This document shows positions 40,114 through 48,948 of a stretch of 64,000 bases of DNA, piece after piece. Positions within the stretch are counted from its first letter, which is position 1; each line of letters begins with the position of its first letter. The translations under genes were made by a program, and so were the position numbers. Under the pieces are notes generated by a model. The model searched no databases. It was not told the origin of the DNA and saw nothing but the letters and a program-made list of their open reading frames with translations. The DNA is from a virus: IMG/VR virus record IMGVR_UViG_3300045988_010311, positions 1 through 64,000 of that record. One strand, 5' to 3'.

Positions 40114-41037
40114 CTATCTCTGGTGAATTTTTTTTGTATATCTAGTCCAGGATAAAGCAGGCTTTCCTGTGGGAGTTTCCCAATTATTTAATGCTGCATT
40201 CTTAGCAGAAAAAGGTAGTATCATCATAGTACCTTTACCATAACTACCATCGAGCACCTTGGTCAAATCATCAAAAGTTTTTATTGTTTTGGAAGAAGTA
40301 GTTTTACCTAATTCTTTATTATTTCTATCTACTATAAAAACAAATGTATAAAGAACGCTATTCTTGCCACTTGCAAGGGCTACATAATTTATAGCATCAA
40401 GATTAACTAATCTTATATAAGTAGTTCCTTTTATGCCTAATAATTCAATGAATCTTTTACGATTTTGTACAAAAGTAACGTTACTTAGACTTATTCCTCC
40501 CATATCCTCATTAAAGGATATATTATCACTTAAGTATGAAGTAATAGATATTGGGTAAAAAATAAAGGTACAATCTATATTACTATCATAATTATTACTA
40601 ATATTAAAATAATGAAACCCATGAATAAAGAAATGTAATGATTCTCTTACATTTGTTTTAGTGTTTGTTGCGTCTGAAAAATATGAAGCCCATGCACTAT
40701 CCCCAATATCAAAATTATCATTACTCTTTACAAACTCAGTAGAATTTAATATAACAGAATAAGTACTTGTAGTTCCATTAGGGTTGAAATTGTTTACTAT
40801 GCATTTACATTTACAAGGAAAAGGATTAAAAAAGCAGAAATTACACATATTTCCCTTCCTCTTTACATTAACAGAATAGCCATTAATATCATATTTGATA
40901 ATTTCCACACCTAACACATCATCTCCTAACCATGTTGTATCTGACTCCTGTGATATAGAACTAACTCTCTTTTTCTGAATATTAGTAAGCTTACTTGTAT
41001 CTCCTGTATAAGTAAGTTCTCTCTTAAATTGTCCCAT
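40114..41037 (-). CDS. hypothetical protein (307 aa), AT-rich accessory gene
   Basis: ATG ORF with about 25-27% GC by line counts, against about 40% in the core genes. Contains a Cys cluster (CNFCFFNPFPCKCKC). Confidence 0.5.
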   Translation of the reverse strand: MGQFKRELTYTGDTSKLTNIQKKRVSSISQESDTTWLGDDVLGVEIIKYDINGYSVNVKRKGNMCNFCFFNPFPCKCKCIVNNFNPNGTTSTYSVILNSTEFVKSNDNFDIGDSAWASYFSDATNTKTNVRESLHFFIHGFHYFNISNNYDSNIDCTFIFYPISITSYLSDNISFNEDMGGISLSNVTFVQNRKRFIELLGIKGTTYIRLVNLDAINYVALASGKNSVLYTFVFIVDRNNKELGKTTSSKTIKTFDDLTKVLDGSYGKGTMMILPFSAKNAALNNWETPTGKPALSWTRYTKKIHQR

Positions 41038-41070
41038 ATTATTATATTTTAATTATTTATTTCTCTGAAA

Positions 41071-41415
41071 TTAAACACTCTTTTCATTCTGTGCTTTTAA
41101 TAAATCAATACTGGTTTGCCTTAGCCTACAAGTAAGGTCTTTACAGGTTAATAACATAAGTTCAGATACCTGTTTTCTCAATTCCTTTATCTCACTTTCC
41201 AATTCATCATTTCTTTTCAGCAGACTATCAAGCCTGCCTTTATTGTCATCAGAAAGCTGCTTATAGAACTCTAAAGACTCCTTCATATTATGTATGACAT
41301 TCTCATCTACTTCACTATTATATTTCTTTCTAGTGAATAAATAAGATAGCCAACCGCTAGTTATGGAAGTGACTAATCCTATCACTCCTGTAATTATAAC
41401 CCCTAAGTCAATCAT
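41071..41415 (-). CDS. N-terminal TM plus coiled-coil protein (i-spanin-like or holin-like topology), 114 aa
   Basis: The TM segment is IDLGVIITGVIGLVTSITSGWLSYLF, followed by a heptad-like charged helix. Its start overlaps the upstream stop as ATGA. Confidence 0.5.
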   Translation of the reverse strand: MIDLGVIITGVIGLVTSITSGWLSYLFTRKKYNSEVDENVIHNMKESLEFYKQLSDDNKGRLDSLLKRNDELESEIKELRKQVSELMLLTCKDLTCRLRQTSIDLLKAQNEKSV

Positions 41416-42020
41416 TTGTAAAACTCAATAAATCTGTTATTACTCTCTTTTATATAAGGGTTCTTCTCCACCACATTAACTTCCATTACCCAATGTTTCT
41501 TCTGAAACCACCTACTGATAAAGAACTTCTTAGGAGGATTTATTGTTTCTTTCTTTCTACTTACAACTATATATTTCTCACTAATGAATGAAGGCTCTGT
41601 AATGATTCTGTTTGGATATTCCAAATCAAGCTTCATAGAATACCATTTATCTTCTATAATAGTATCTATTTTTATATTCTCTATAAATATAGTATCATTA
41701 AAGATTATAGTATCCCTCTTTTCTATTACAGAATTTATATAACTTAGTGATTTCAGCTTATTATCCTTTATATTCAATTCCTTCCTGACCTTATTCATTT
41801 CATTAAGAATAGAATCATTGAAATAATTAAGCTGGTCTATTGTAAGCTTTAAGACTCTATTTGATGTATTCAAGGAGTCCCTCATACCAAGAAGTATCTT
41901 TTGATTATTAGCTGTTATAGATATTTCTTCATTAAGTTTTATGCATTTCTTGCTTAATCCTATAGAACATATAATACCTAATAAAGCAATAATTCCTAAT
42001 ATCTGTGTACTCAGTTTCAT
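41412..42020 (-). CDS. signal-anchored/lipoprotein-like protein (202 aa)
   Basis: The N-terminus is MKLSTQILGIIALLGIICSIG. The promoter box lies only 8 nt upstream of the ATG, so the mRNA would be near-leaderless. Confidence 0.5.
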   Translation of the reverse strand: MKLSTQILGIIALLGIICSIGLSKKCIKLNEEISITANNQKILLGMRDSLNTSNRVLKLTIDQLNYFNDSILNEMNKVRKELNIKDNKLKSLSYINSVIEKRDTIIFNDTIFIENIKIDTIIEDKWYSMKLDLEYPNRIITEPSFISEKYIVVSRKKETINPPKKFFISRWFQKKHWVMEVNVVEKNPYIKESNNRFIEFYK

Positions 42021-42028
42021 TATCCTTG

Positions 42029-42036
42029 CAAAGATA
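42029..42036 (-). promoter_or_regulatory. Bacteroidota-type -7 box (TATCTTTG + CA)
   Basis: The reverse complement of caaagata matches the consensus. It lies 8 nt upstream of the ATG at 42020. Confidence 0.6.
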
Positions 42037-42087
42037 TATAAAATAAATCACTCATGCAATAGCATAAGTTGTTTAATTATGATGTGC

Positions 42088-42666
42088 TTATAAGAAATCT
42101 ACAAATGTAAATTCCTCATCATTGAACTTATGTGGCCTCTTGTAGAGTCTGTCCCACAGCCAGGGGATAGGAAGATAGGTATGCCAGCTTCTACCATCAA
42201 GAGGAAGAAAACCTTGAATACCTCCACTATATTCTTTATCTGCATATTGTATCTTGATATAATCTACTTTAGTACTTACTTTAGTAGCATATTTTGTACA
42301 TATACTACCATATATAATATTATCAAAATGCAATCTCCAAGAAGTTACTTTGGCACTGAATTTTTCTACATCCTTACATACTCCTTCATATGTTATACAT
42401 ACTTCACACCTATCCTTAAATTCATTTATTTGATTAAGTATTGATGCAGCACTTCTTTTTGATTTCCATAATCCATGAGCACAGACATATAGATGTCTTC
42501 TTTTATCCCATCTCACTCTAATATCAAAAGACCTGCAACCAGCATCATACTGCTGTTTTATAGTCTTACTTTGTGTCTTGGCAAAAGGTAATACCAACAA
42601 AGAAATCAAGCCGTGAGAGGCTTCTCCTGTGGCACTATCATGTGTTGCAATTTTTAACTTACTCAT
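42088..42666 (-). CDS. PI-PLC X-domain-like phosphodiesterase (PLC-like TIM-barrel superfamily), short form, 192 aa
   Basis: IATHDSATGE...KTQSKTIKQQYDAGCRSFDIRVRW...YVCAHGLW parallels Bacillus PI-PLC IPGTHDSGT...TQ...QMDHGARIFDIRGR...LHHG. The ATG at 42666 overlaps the upstream stop as ATGA; the track TTG start at 42684 is less likely. Confidence 0.6.
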   Translation of the reverse strand: MSKLKIATHDSATGEASHGLISLLVLPFAKTQSKTIKQQYDAGCRSFDIRVRWDKRRHLYVCAHGLWKSKRSAASILNQINEFKDRCEVCITYEGVCKDVEKFSAKVTSWRLHFDNIIYGSICTKYATKVSTKVDYIKIQYADKEYSGGIQGFLPLDGRSWHTYLPIPWLWDRLYKRPHKFNDEEFTFVDFL

Positions 42667-42968
42667 ACAAGAAGAACATAACAAAGATAACCAATAGTAT
42701 TAACTATAGCAGGCACAAATCCACCTAAAGTTGTAGCAATAACATCATCCCAACCGACAACTTCATCAATATTCTCTTTAACTACTCCACTAATGAATGC
42801 AACAACAGCACCTACAGCAGACATAATAACAAACATCAATATAGCCCCACCAGCAGTCATTGCAAAAATATTAGTAACTGCGAATGAAATATTAGCACCT
42901 ACATTAAAATGAACAAGTAGGTCACTTCTTTTCATAAGTCTATTAAAGAAAGCTCTAATCTTTTTCAT
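42663..42968 (-). CDS. small 3-TM membrane protein (holin-like candidate), 101 aa
   Basis: Has three hydrophobic segments and is translationally coupled (ATGA) to the PLC-like gene. Confidence 0.5.
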   Translation of the reverse strand: MKKIRAFFNRLMKRSDLLVHFNVGANISFAVTNIFAMTAGGAILMFVIMSAVGAVVAFISGVVKENIDEVVGWDDVIATTLGGFVPAIVNTIGYLCYVLLV

Positions 42969-42983
42969 AGTTTAATCTATTAT

Positions 42984-45209
42984 TTAATTATTAACTACTT
43001 TCTCAGTATCACCCATAAACAAAGTCCAACCTTTAGCTTTAGCAGCAGTTACTTGTGCATCAGTTATAATATCTTTACTTAATACGGTAATCGTAACTGG
43101 AGTTACAACAGTACCACTATCAGCAACAAGACTATACAACTTGATTGCCCAAGTAGGAGTAAGATTAGTCAATGTGTAAGTACCATTCTGTGTTATCTTT
43201 GTAGCAATAGTTGCATATGTACCACTACCAATACCAACAACAATATTTTCAGTAATACCTTCAACTTTTATTTTCATTTCTTTTACACTCTTTGTAGTAG
43301 TATAGAAATTAGAAGAAGTAGCTGTCTTATTAATCAATGTGGTAAGAGTAATCTTTGTAGCAGTAGCAGAATCTCCAGATTGTCCCTTAGTCAAATCCTT
43401 TGTAAAATCTATAGGATATTCCCAACCATAAGGATAATGCAGTTCAGCAGTTCTAACTTCACTAATAGCATGTTCATCATCACTACTTGTAACAGTTAAA
43501 TCAGAAAGATTGTCGATAAGGTAGTTAATACTATCTGCATCCAAAGCAGAAAGATTACCTTGAATAACACCATTGATTGCTTTCTCAGTAAAATCCCAAG
43601 AACCATGATTAAGATTCTTCAATCTCAAATCAGTAAGAGCAGTACATCCTCCAAAGATAAGATAAGCCGAAGAAGGCTTTACATATCTAAAATCAAGTAT
43701 TGGGCCAATCTTAGTAAGAGCTTTACATTGATTGAATACTTGAGGAGCATAGTCAGTAAAGGTCAATACATTTGTTTTGGCATCTCTTGTAGCACCATAC
43801 TGAGGAAGTTCTGGAAGTCTATAACAATATTCAAAAGCAAAACCAACATTAGAACATGGTGCTTTGAATGTAACAACAGTGACATTTCCACTTGCATCAG
43901 TACTATTAAAACTCCGATTACCATCACTCCAATTTATCTTAGGAAGTTTAAGAAGATTACCACAAAACTCAAAAGCACCACTAAGGTCTTGTGACCTTGC
44001 TGCATTCTCAAATTCAACTTCTCTGAGATTACCAGCTCTATAAAATAGCTCATGTAAAGAAGTAACAGTACCTGTATTTATAATAACTTTCTCAATGTTA
44101 CTATCAGCAAATTCAGCAACTCCACTTATATTTGCTTCATCAATATTAAGAGTAACTGTACCATCAATGTCAGAAGCATAGAATAAACCTTTGGTTCTAT
44201 TAGAGATATTAGTAAATGTTTGACTAATAGTATGAGTAGCAAACCATTCCTTTACTTTAGCAGCAACTTCTTTATTATTAAGAATACCATTAAATCTTTG
44301 AAATGTAACTTTTCCATCAGCAGCTTTACTATAGAAATCACTATCTTTATATACATCAAGAGTAGGAAGTTTCTTAGTTCCATCAAGACCTACAAATGAT
44401 TTAGCAATCAGTTTACCTTCTTTGCCAATAGTTTCAGTAGTAATAAGATTATAAGCATCCCAAGCATTCTCTTTAGTCTTATTCTCATGGTAAAGAACAT
44501 CACTTCCATGATATACAGTCCAGCATCTTACAGTAGAAGGGTCAACAGGTTTGTCAACTTCCTTTGTGTGAATACTGAGACCATGTACATTTGCATATAC
44601 ATTAGTAAGAAGCTTTCTTATACCCTCAAGAGTTTTTTGAGCAGCAGGTGGCTCTATATAACAAGCTATGTGATTGTTACCTACTTTATTGATAGTAATA
44701 GTCCTTTTATCACTACTAACAGTATATTCACTCCCACTACTTGCAGTAAAAGTACAATTATCAAACCTATCATCCAAGAATGTAATAGTAACAGGATTAT
44801 CTCCTAAATCAATAGCTTGTTCTGTATTACTAAAGAAAGCTACAGCAATTCTCCAAGAACCATCAGGCCAACCATTACTAGGAAATTTAGTATTCATTCC
44901 TTTGGTTATGTTCTTGTTATATCCATCTTGGATATAACCCCACCTATGTGCACCATCATTTATATCTTTAAGAGCACCACTAGGAACACCTAAATCCCAA
45001 GGCCACCAATACATGTATGTACTACAAGGAGCAAGCCAAAGACCATGAACATAATGTCCTCCAGCATCATTGGCATACTTATAATAACTCCATAAAGCAT
45101 CTCCATGCTTCCCCGTAATAGGAGAAGCAAAGAGAAGCTTATTTACAGAATTAGCACCAATATGTATTTTATTCACATTATCCATTGATATAGTATATTG
45201 TGTTAGCAT
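42984..45209 (-). CDS. tail fibre/receptor-binding protein with BspA-type leucine-rich repeats (741 aa)
   Basis: Repeats of the form (A/V/I)F-x2-C-x2-L: LFYRAGNLREV, AFEFCGNLLKLP, AFEYCYRLPELP, VFNQCKALTKIG, IFGGCTALTDLRL (nt ~43530-44190). It is the last gene of the fibre cluster. Confidence 0.55.
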   Translation of the reverse strand: MLTQYTISMDNVNKIHIGANSVNKLLFASPITGKHGDALWSYYKYANDAGGHYVHGLWLAPCSTYMYWWPWDLGVPSGALKDINDGAHRWGYIQDGYNKNITKGMNTKFPSNGWPDGSWRIAVAFFSNTEQAIDLGDNPVTITFLDDRFDNCTFTASSGSEYTVSSDKRTITINKVGNNHIACYIEPPAAQKTLEGIRKLLTNVYANVHGLSIHTKEVDKPVDPSTVRCWTVYHGSDVLYHENKTKENAWDAYNLITTETIGKEGKLIAKSFVGLDGTKKLPTLDVYKDSDFYSKAADGKVTFQRFNGILNNKEVAAKVKEWFATHTISQTFTNISNRTKGLFYASDIDGTVTLNIDEANISGVAEFADSNIEKVIINTGTVTSLHELFYRAGNLREVEFENAARSQDLSGAFEFCGNLLKLPKINWSDGNRSFNSTDASGNVTVVTFKAPCSNVGFAFEYCYRLPELPQYGATRDAKTNVLTFTDYAPQVFNQCKALTKIGPILDFRYVKPSSAYLIFGGCTALTDLRLKNLNHGSWDFTEKAINGVIQGNLSALDADSINYLIDNLSDLTVTSSDDEHAISEVRTAELHYPYGWEYPIDFTKDLTKGQSGDSATATKITLTTLINKTATSSNFYTTTKSVKEMKIKVEGITENIVVGIGSGTYATIATKITQNGTYTLTNLTPTWAIKLYSLVADSGTVVTPVTITVLSKDIITDAQVTAAKAKGWTLFMGDTEKVVNN

Positions 45210-46167
45210 CTTTAGTTGTCAAAGCATCATAAGCAGCTTGAGTAATAAACACAGTCTTAGGCATTGCATTGACTTTATTTCTTAAATCAACAAAATCAGT
45301 CTGAGTAGATTCAAGAGAACTATGTAAATCAGTAATATTATTATTGATAGTAGTAATCTCAGCTCTAGTGCCATATTTACTACTTAAATCTGGTATGTCA
45401 GTAATATCAATAACTCTAAATTCAGGGTCTCCAGCAGCATCTTTAGGAGTTGCATAGAAAAGATTTTTATTACCATATCCAATATCCCTAATTTCAACAG
45501 CACCTTCAGGAAGTTCAGCAGCAACTTCCATATTCAAAGTAGGTAAAACAGTATATTGTCCAGACATAGCTACAATTCTACCATATACTGTATCAAACCT
45601 CTCGTTCTTATAAAAAATTATAACTTTATAATTATTCTCAACGCTATTATCAATATAATAATATACCTTTTCAGTATCTTTATTGATATTATTTGAATTT
45701 TTTTTAGCATCAACAGTAATAAAGTTATTAGTTCCTGCAGCTCTAATTCTAATATCTACATTATATGATGAATATCTACATCTGATGTCAATAGTAACAG
45801 TTACAGTTTGCCAAGCTCTTATCGGTACAGGAATTGTTGCAACTTTTACATTGCTATCACCTGCATAAACATTTTTTCCATGAATATCAACCTTCTTATC
45901 CAAGTCAGCAGCAACACTATCTTTAGTAGCATAAGCAGATAAATCAACATCTGCCTTAAATACTCTCCACTTACCAATAACAGCATCAACACTATTAGAA
46001 GACTTGAACTGATATGTATTCCCATCCTCTGCACAGTAAGACAAATGTCCATCGTCAATACTTGTCTCTGGAAAAGCCTTCATAGCAGCTTTTGTAGCAA
46101 ACCTATCTCTTTCAAAGTTTGGCTGTTCTCCTTGAAAGGTAAAATTTGAGCCAATTTTAATTGCCAT
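45178..46167 (-). CDS. tail fibre protein (329 aa), shares its N-terminal module with the 411-aa fibre
   Basis: MAIKIGSNFTFQGEQPNFERDRFATKAAMKAF...HLSYCAEDGNTYQFKS aligns with the first ~75 aa of the neighbouring gene. Confidence 0.6.
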   Translation of the reverse strand: MAIKIGSNFTFQGEQPNFERDRFATKAAMKAFPETSIDDGHLSYCAEDGNTYQFKSSNSVDAVIGKWRVFKADVDLSAYATKDSVAADLDKKVDIHGKNVYAGDSNVKVATIPVPIRAWQTVTVTIDIRCRYSSYNVDIRIRAAGTNNFITVDAKKNSNNINKDTEKVYYYIDNSVENNYKVIIFYKNERFDTVYGRIVAMSGQYTVLPTLNMEVAAELPEGAVEIRDIGYGNKNLFYATPKDAAGDPEFRVIDITDIPDLSSKYGTRAEITTINNNITDLHSSLESTQTDFVDLRNKVNAMPKTVFITQAAYDALTTKDANTIYYING

Positions 46168-46179
46168 AATTCATGTAAT

Positions 46180-47415
46180 TTAAGATACTGTTTGTTTCAT
46201 ATCAGTAATAGTTGTAGCATTTGTCAGAAGATATACATAATACAATTCACCATTTACATTAAGTTCACTTCTAGTATATGATGCAAGATAGTCAAATCCA
46301 TTAGCATCCTTAATACTTGTAGCAGCACCGAAAGCCTTAGGATATGCAATACATGCCTTTTGGTTATTAAGGTTGAATGTTCTTGTACCACCTTTTCCAC
46401 TTCTTAATGTCTCTGTAAGAGCCTTTATGTTAGCTTCTGTAACTGTAAAGTTTGCTGCAACTGCACCATCATAAGATGGATTTACAAAAGTAATAGTAGC
46501 AGAACCTTGAGCACTTCTACTGTCTTTACTAACTCTAACATTATATGTTGTAGTAGTTGTTGCTGTGTCTGAATAAACATATGGTGTTGCACCATGATAC
46601 TCAGCACCGTTAATCATAATCTCATCAACATTTGTATTATCGTCTCCTATCTTTGGAGTAATTGTAACTTTGACAGGCTGTGATGTTCCTTTCTTAGCCA
46701 GTGTCTTGTCAAGACTAACTTTAACAGTGAATGGGAATGCCTTATCCATCAATTTCTTTACATCAGCACTTATTGCATCAGTTGTAGTTGTAGTAGCATA
46801 AGCAGATAAATCAGTAACACCACTAAGATTATCCCAAGCAGTACCATTCCAAGCAACATTATCTCCTGCTTTAATACCATGAGTAGCATCAGCATTGGTT
46901 ATATTCCAAACATCGCCTGTAATAACACCTGTAGTAGGAAGTTCAGCGTAAGTAGTCTTAGTTCCCTTAAACTTATACACATTACTTATATCACTCTTCT
47001 TAGCATAAGTAGTATTAGCAGTTGCAGTAGTTACATAATTATTCAATGCAGAAGCATCAGCTTTACTATTTAATTCTGTCTTAGTAGCAAGGTCATTTAA
47101 TTGAGTTTTATCTGCTTTAAGTTGAAGAGCATCATATACAGCCTTATTCTGAATAGGATTTTTAGAAGTACCATTAAGTGCAGCATCTACAACAATATCA
47201 GTCTTAAATATTCTCCACTTGCCAGTAGTAGCATCAGCAGTATTAGCAGATTTATATTGATAAATATTACCATCTTCCTCACAATAAGAAAGGTGACCTT
47301 CATCAATATTATTTTCAGCAAAGGCTTTCATAGCAGCCTTAGTCTTAAACTTATCTCTCTCAAAGTTAGGTAATTTGCCATTATAGGCAAAGTTTGCACC
47401 AATTTTTATAGCCAT
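46180..47415 (-). CDS. tail fibre protein (411 aa), chimeric with both neighbours
   Basis: Its N-terminal ~75 aa matches the 329-aa gene, and its C-terminal ~189 aa matches the 503-aa gene. It also carries the NPIQNKAV fibre-type motif. Confidence 0.6.
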   Translation of the reverse strand: MAIKIGANFAYNGKLPNFERDKFKTKAAMKAFAENNIDEGHLSYCEEDGNIYQYKSANTADATTGKWRIFKTDIVVDAALNGTSKNPIQNKAVYDALQLKADKTQLNDLATKTELNSKADASALNNYVTTATANTTYAKKSDISNVYKFKGTKTTYAELPTTGVITGDVWNITNADATHGIKAGDNVAWNGTAWDNLSGVTDLSAYATTTTTDAISADVKKLMDKAFPFTVKVSLDKTLAKKGTSQPVKVTITPKIGDDNTNVDEIMINGAEYHGATPYVYSDTATTTTTYNVRVSKDSRSAQGSATITFVNPSYDGAVAANFTVTEANIKALTETLRSGKGGTRTFNLNNQKACIAYPKAFGAATSIKDANGFDYLASYTRSELNVNGELYYVYLLTNATTITDMKQTVS

Positions 47416-47436
47416 AATGTTATAATTATTTAGTTG

Positions 47437-48948
47437 TTAATTAATGATTTGTTTGAAGTCAGTAATAGTAGTAGGACTACTAAGAAGATATACATAATAA
47501 GCTTCACCATCTATAGTTACTTCAGTTCTTATATAAGAAGTAAGATAATCAAAGTTATTACCATCTTTGATAGAACTAGCTGTACCAAACTCTTTAGGAT
47601 AAGCAATACAGCTCTTCTGATTATTAAGATTAAATGTCAATGTTCTACTTCTACCACCTTGCAAAGAAGATGTAAGTGCTTTAACATTAGCAGCATTAGC
47701 TACAAAATTAGAAGCAACGATACCACTATAAGAAAGAGCAACAAATCTGATAGAAACAGAACCACTAGCACTTTTATCTTGTTTTTCAACTCTGACATTG
47801 TATGTTGTATTAGTTGTAGCTGTAAGTTGAGTAGTATAAGGTATATTACCATGGTACTCTGTACCATTAATTATAATAGTATCAACTTGTGTAATATCAT
47901 CACCTTGATATGCTTTTACTGTAATATTAGCAGTAGCAGTAGTTCCTTTCTGAGCTAATGTTTTATCAATACTAACTGCAACCTTGAAAGGAAATACCTT
48001 ATCCATAAGAGTAGTAACATCCCTTTTAATATTAGTATTGTCTGTCTTTAAGTCAGTAACAGTACTGCCTATTACTCCTATGCTACTGTTAACATCTTTA
48101 ATGGCATTGAACACAGCTTTATTTTGTATAGCATTAGTTGAAGTGTTATTAAGCTCTGCATCAAAGGAAGTCTCCACCTCACTGTTCAATATGCTCCAAT
48201 GCCCTGAATATGTTGCACCCTTATAGTGCAAAACACTATTATAGCCTTCAACATTATCAACAGTTGTTAAATTCGTAATATCAACATCACAATTTATAAA
48301 AACTATTGGTAGGCTTGGCGATATATTGACTGAATCCCCTGCTGTAACATATCCATTGGCAATAGTAAGGTCATTACTTACAGTAGGTGTATCTTCTATA
48401 ATCAAAAGATAGCCATTCAAGTCCAAAGTTCCTCCTGTAATAGGAATACTATTCAAGTCTCCTGTGGCAATATAGTCCGCAGCAAATTTAGGTTGCTTCT
48501 TATTTAACTCTCCTGTTACAACCTTATTTTGTACAGGGTTTATACTTGTATCACTCAGACTATCATCTATAGCCATTCCTCCTACAGAACCTATAACCTC
48601 ATATTTATTAAGGTCCTGCACCCACAAATATTCAGTATATATGTTACCACTTGAGGGAGAGGTACTTGGAACTAAGTATATAATAGCAGGATTACCAATA
48701 TCAGGCAAGCTATTTACTATCCTTACTTTAAGTAGCCCCTCTTCCAAATTCTCAATTAGTTTATCTATATACTTAATACTGATTGTGTTAAGTAGTTTGT
48801 CTATAGATATACTCTTATTTGAGCCATCCTGCAATATTACTATAGAATCATTTGAATAGCACTTGTCAACTTTAGGGAAAGAAGAATCCTTCTTTCCAAA
48901 AAGTTGCAGTTTGTTCTTAATCTCATTTATTTGATTACTTGTAAACAT
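47437..48948 (-). CDS. tail fibre protein (503 aa)
   Basis: ATGA overlap with the portal stop. Carries NPVQNKVV and NAIQNKAV motifs, and its C-terminal ~190 aa is homologous to the 411-aa fibre. Confidence 0.6.
   Translation of the reverse strand: MFTSNQINEIKNKLQLFGKKDSSFPKVDKCYSNDSIVILQDGSNKSISIDKLLNTISIKYIDKLIENLEEGLLKVRIVNSLPDIGNPAIIYLVPSTSPSSGNIYTEYLWVQDLNKYEVIGSVGGMAIDDSLSDTSINPVQNKVVTGELNKKQPKFAADYIATGDLNSIPITGGTLDLNGYLLIIEDTPTVSNDLTIANGYVTAGDSVNISPSLPIVFINCDVDITNLTTVDNVEGYNSVLHYKGATYSGHWSILNSEVETSFDAELNNTSTNAIQNKAVFNAIKDVNSSIGVIGSTVTDLKTDNTNIKRDVTTLMDKVFPFKVAVSIDKTLAQKGTTATANITVKAYQGDDITQVDTIIINGTEYHGNIPYTTQLTATTNTTYNVRVEKQDKSASGSVSIRFVALSYSGIVASNFVANAANVKALTSSLQGGRSRTLTFNLNNQKSCIAYPKEFGTASSIKDGNNFDYLTSYIRTEVTIDGEAYYVYLLSSPTTITDFKQIIN

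Noticed and set aside
46180-48006. The possibility that the duplicated fibre C-termini are a DGR template/variable-repeat pair.
   Set aside because: No reverse transcriptase gene is present in the window. The divergence is spread over all codon positions and amino acids rather than being adenine-specific, and the copies are whole protein domains of about 570 nt.
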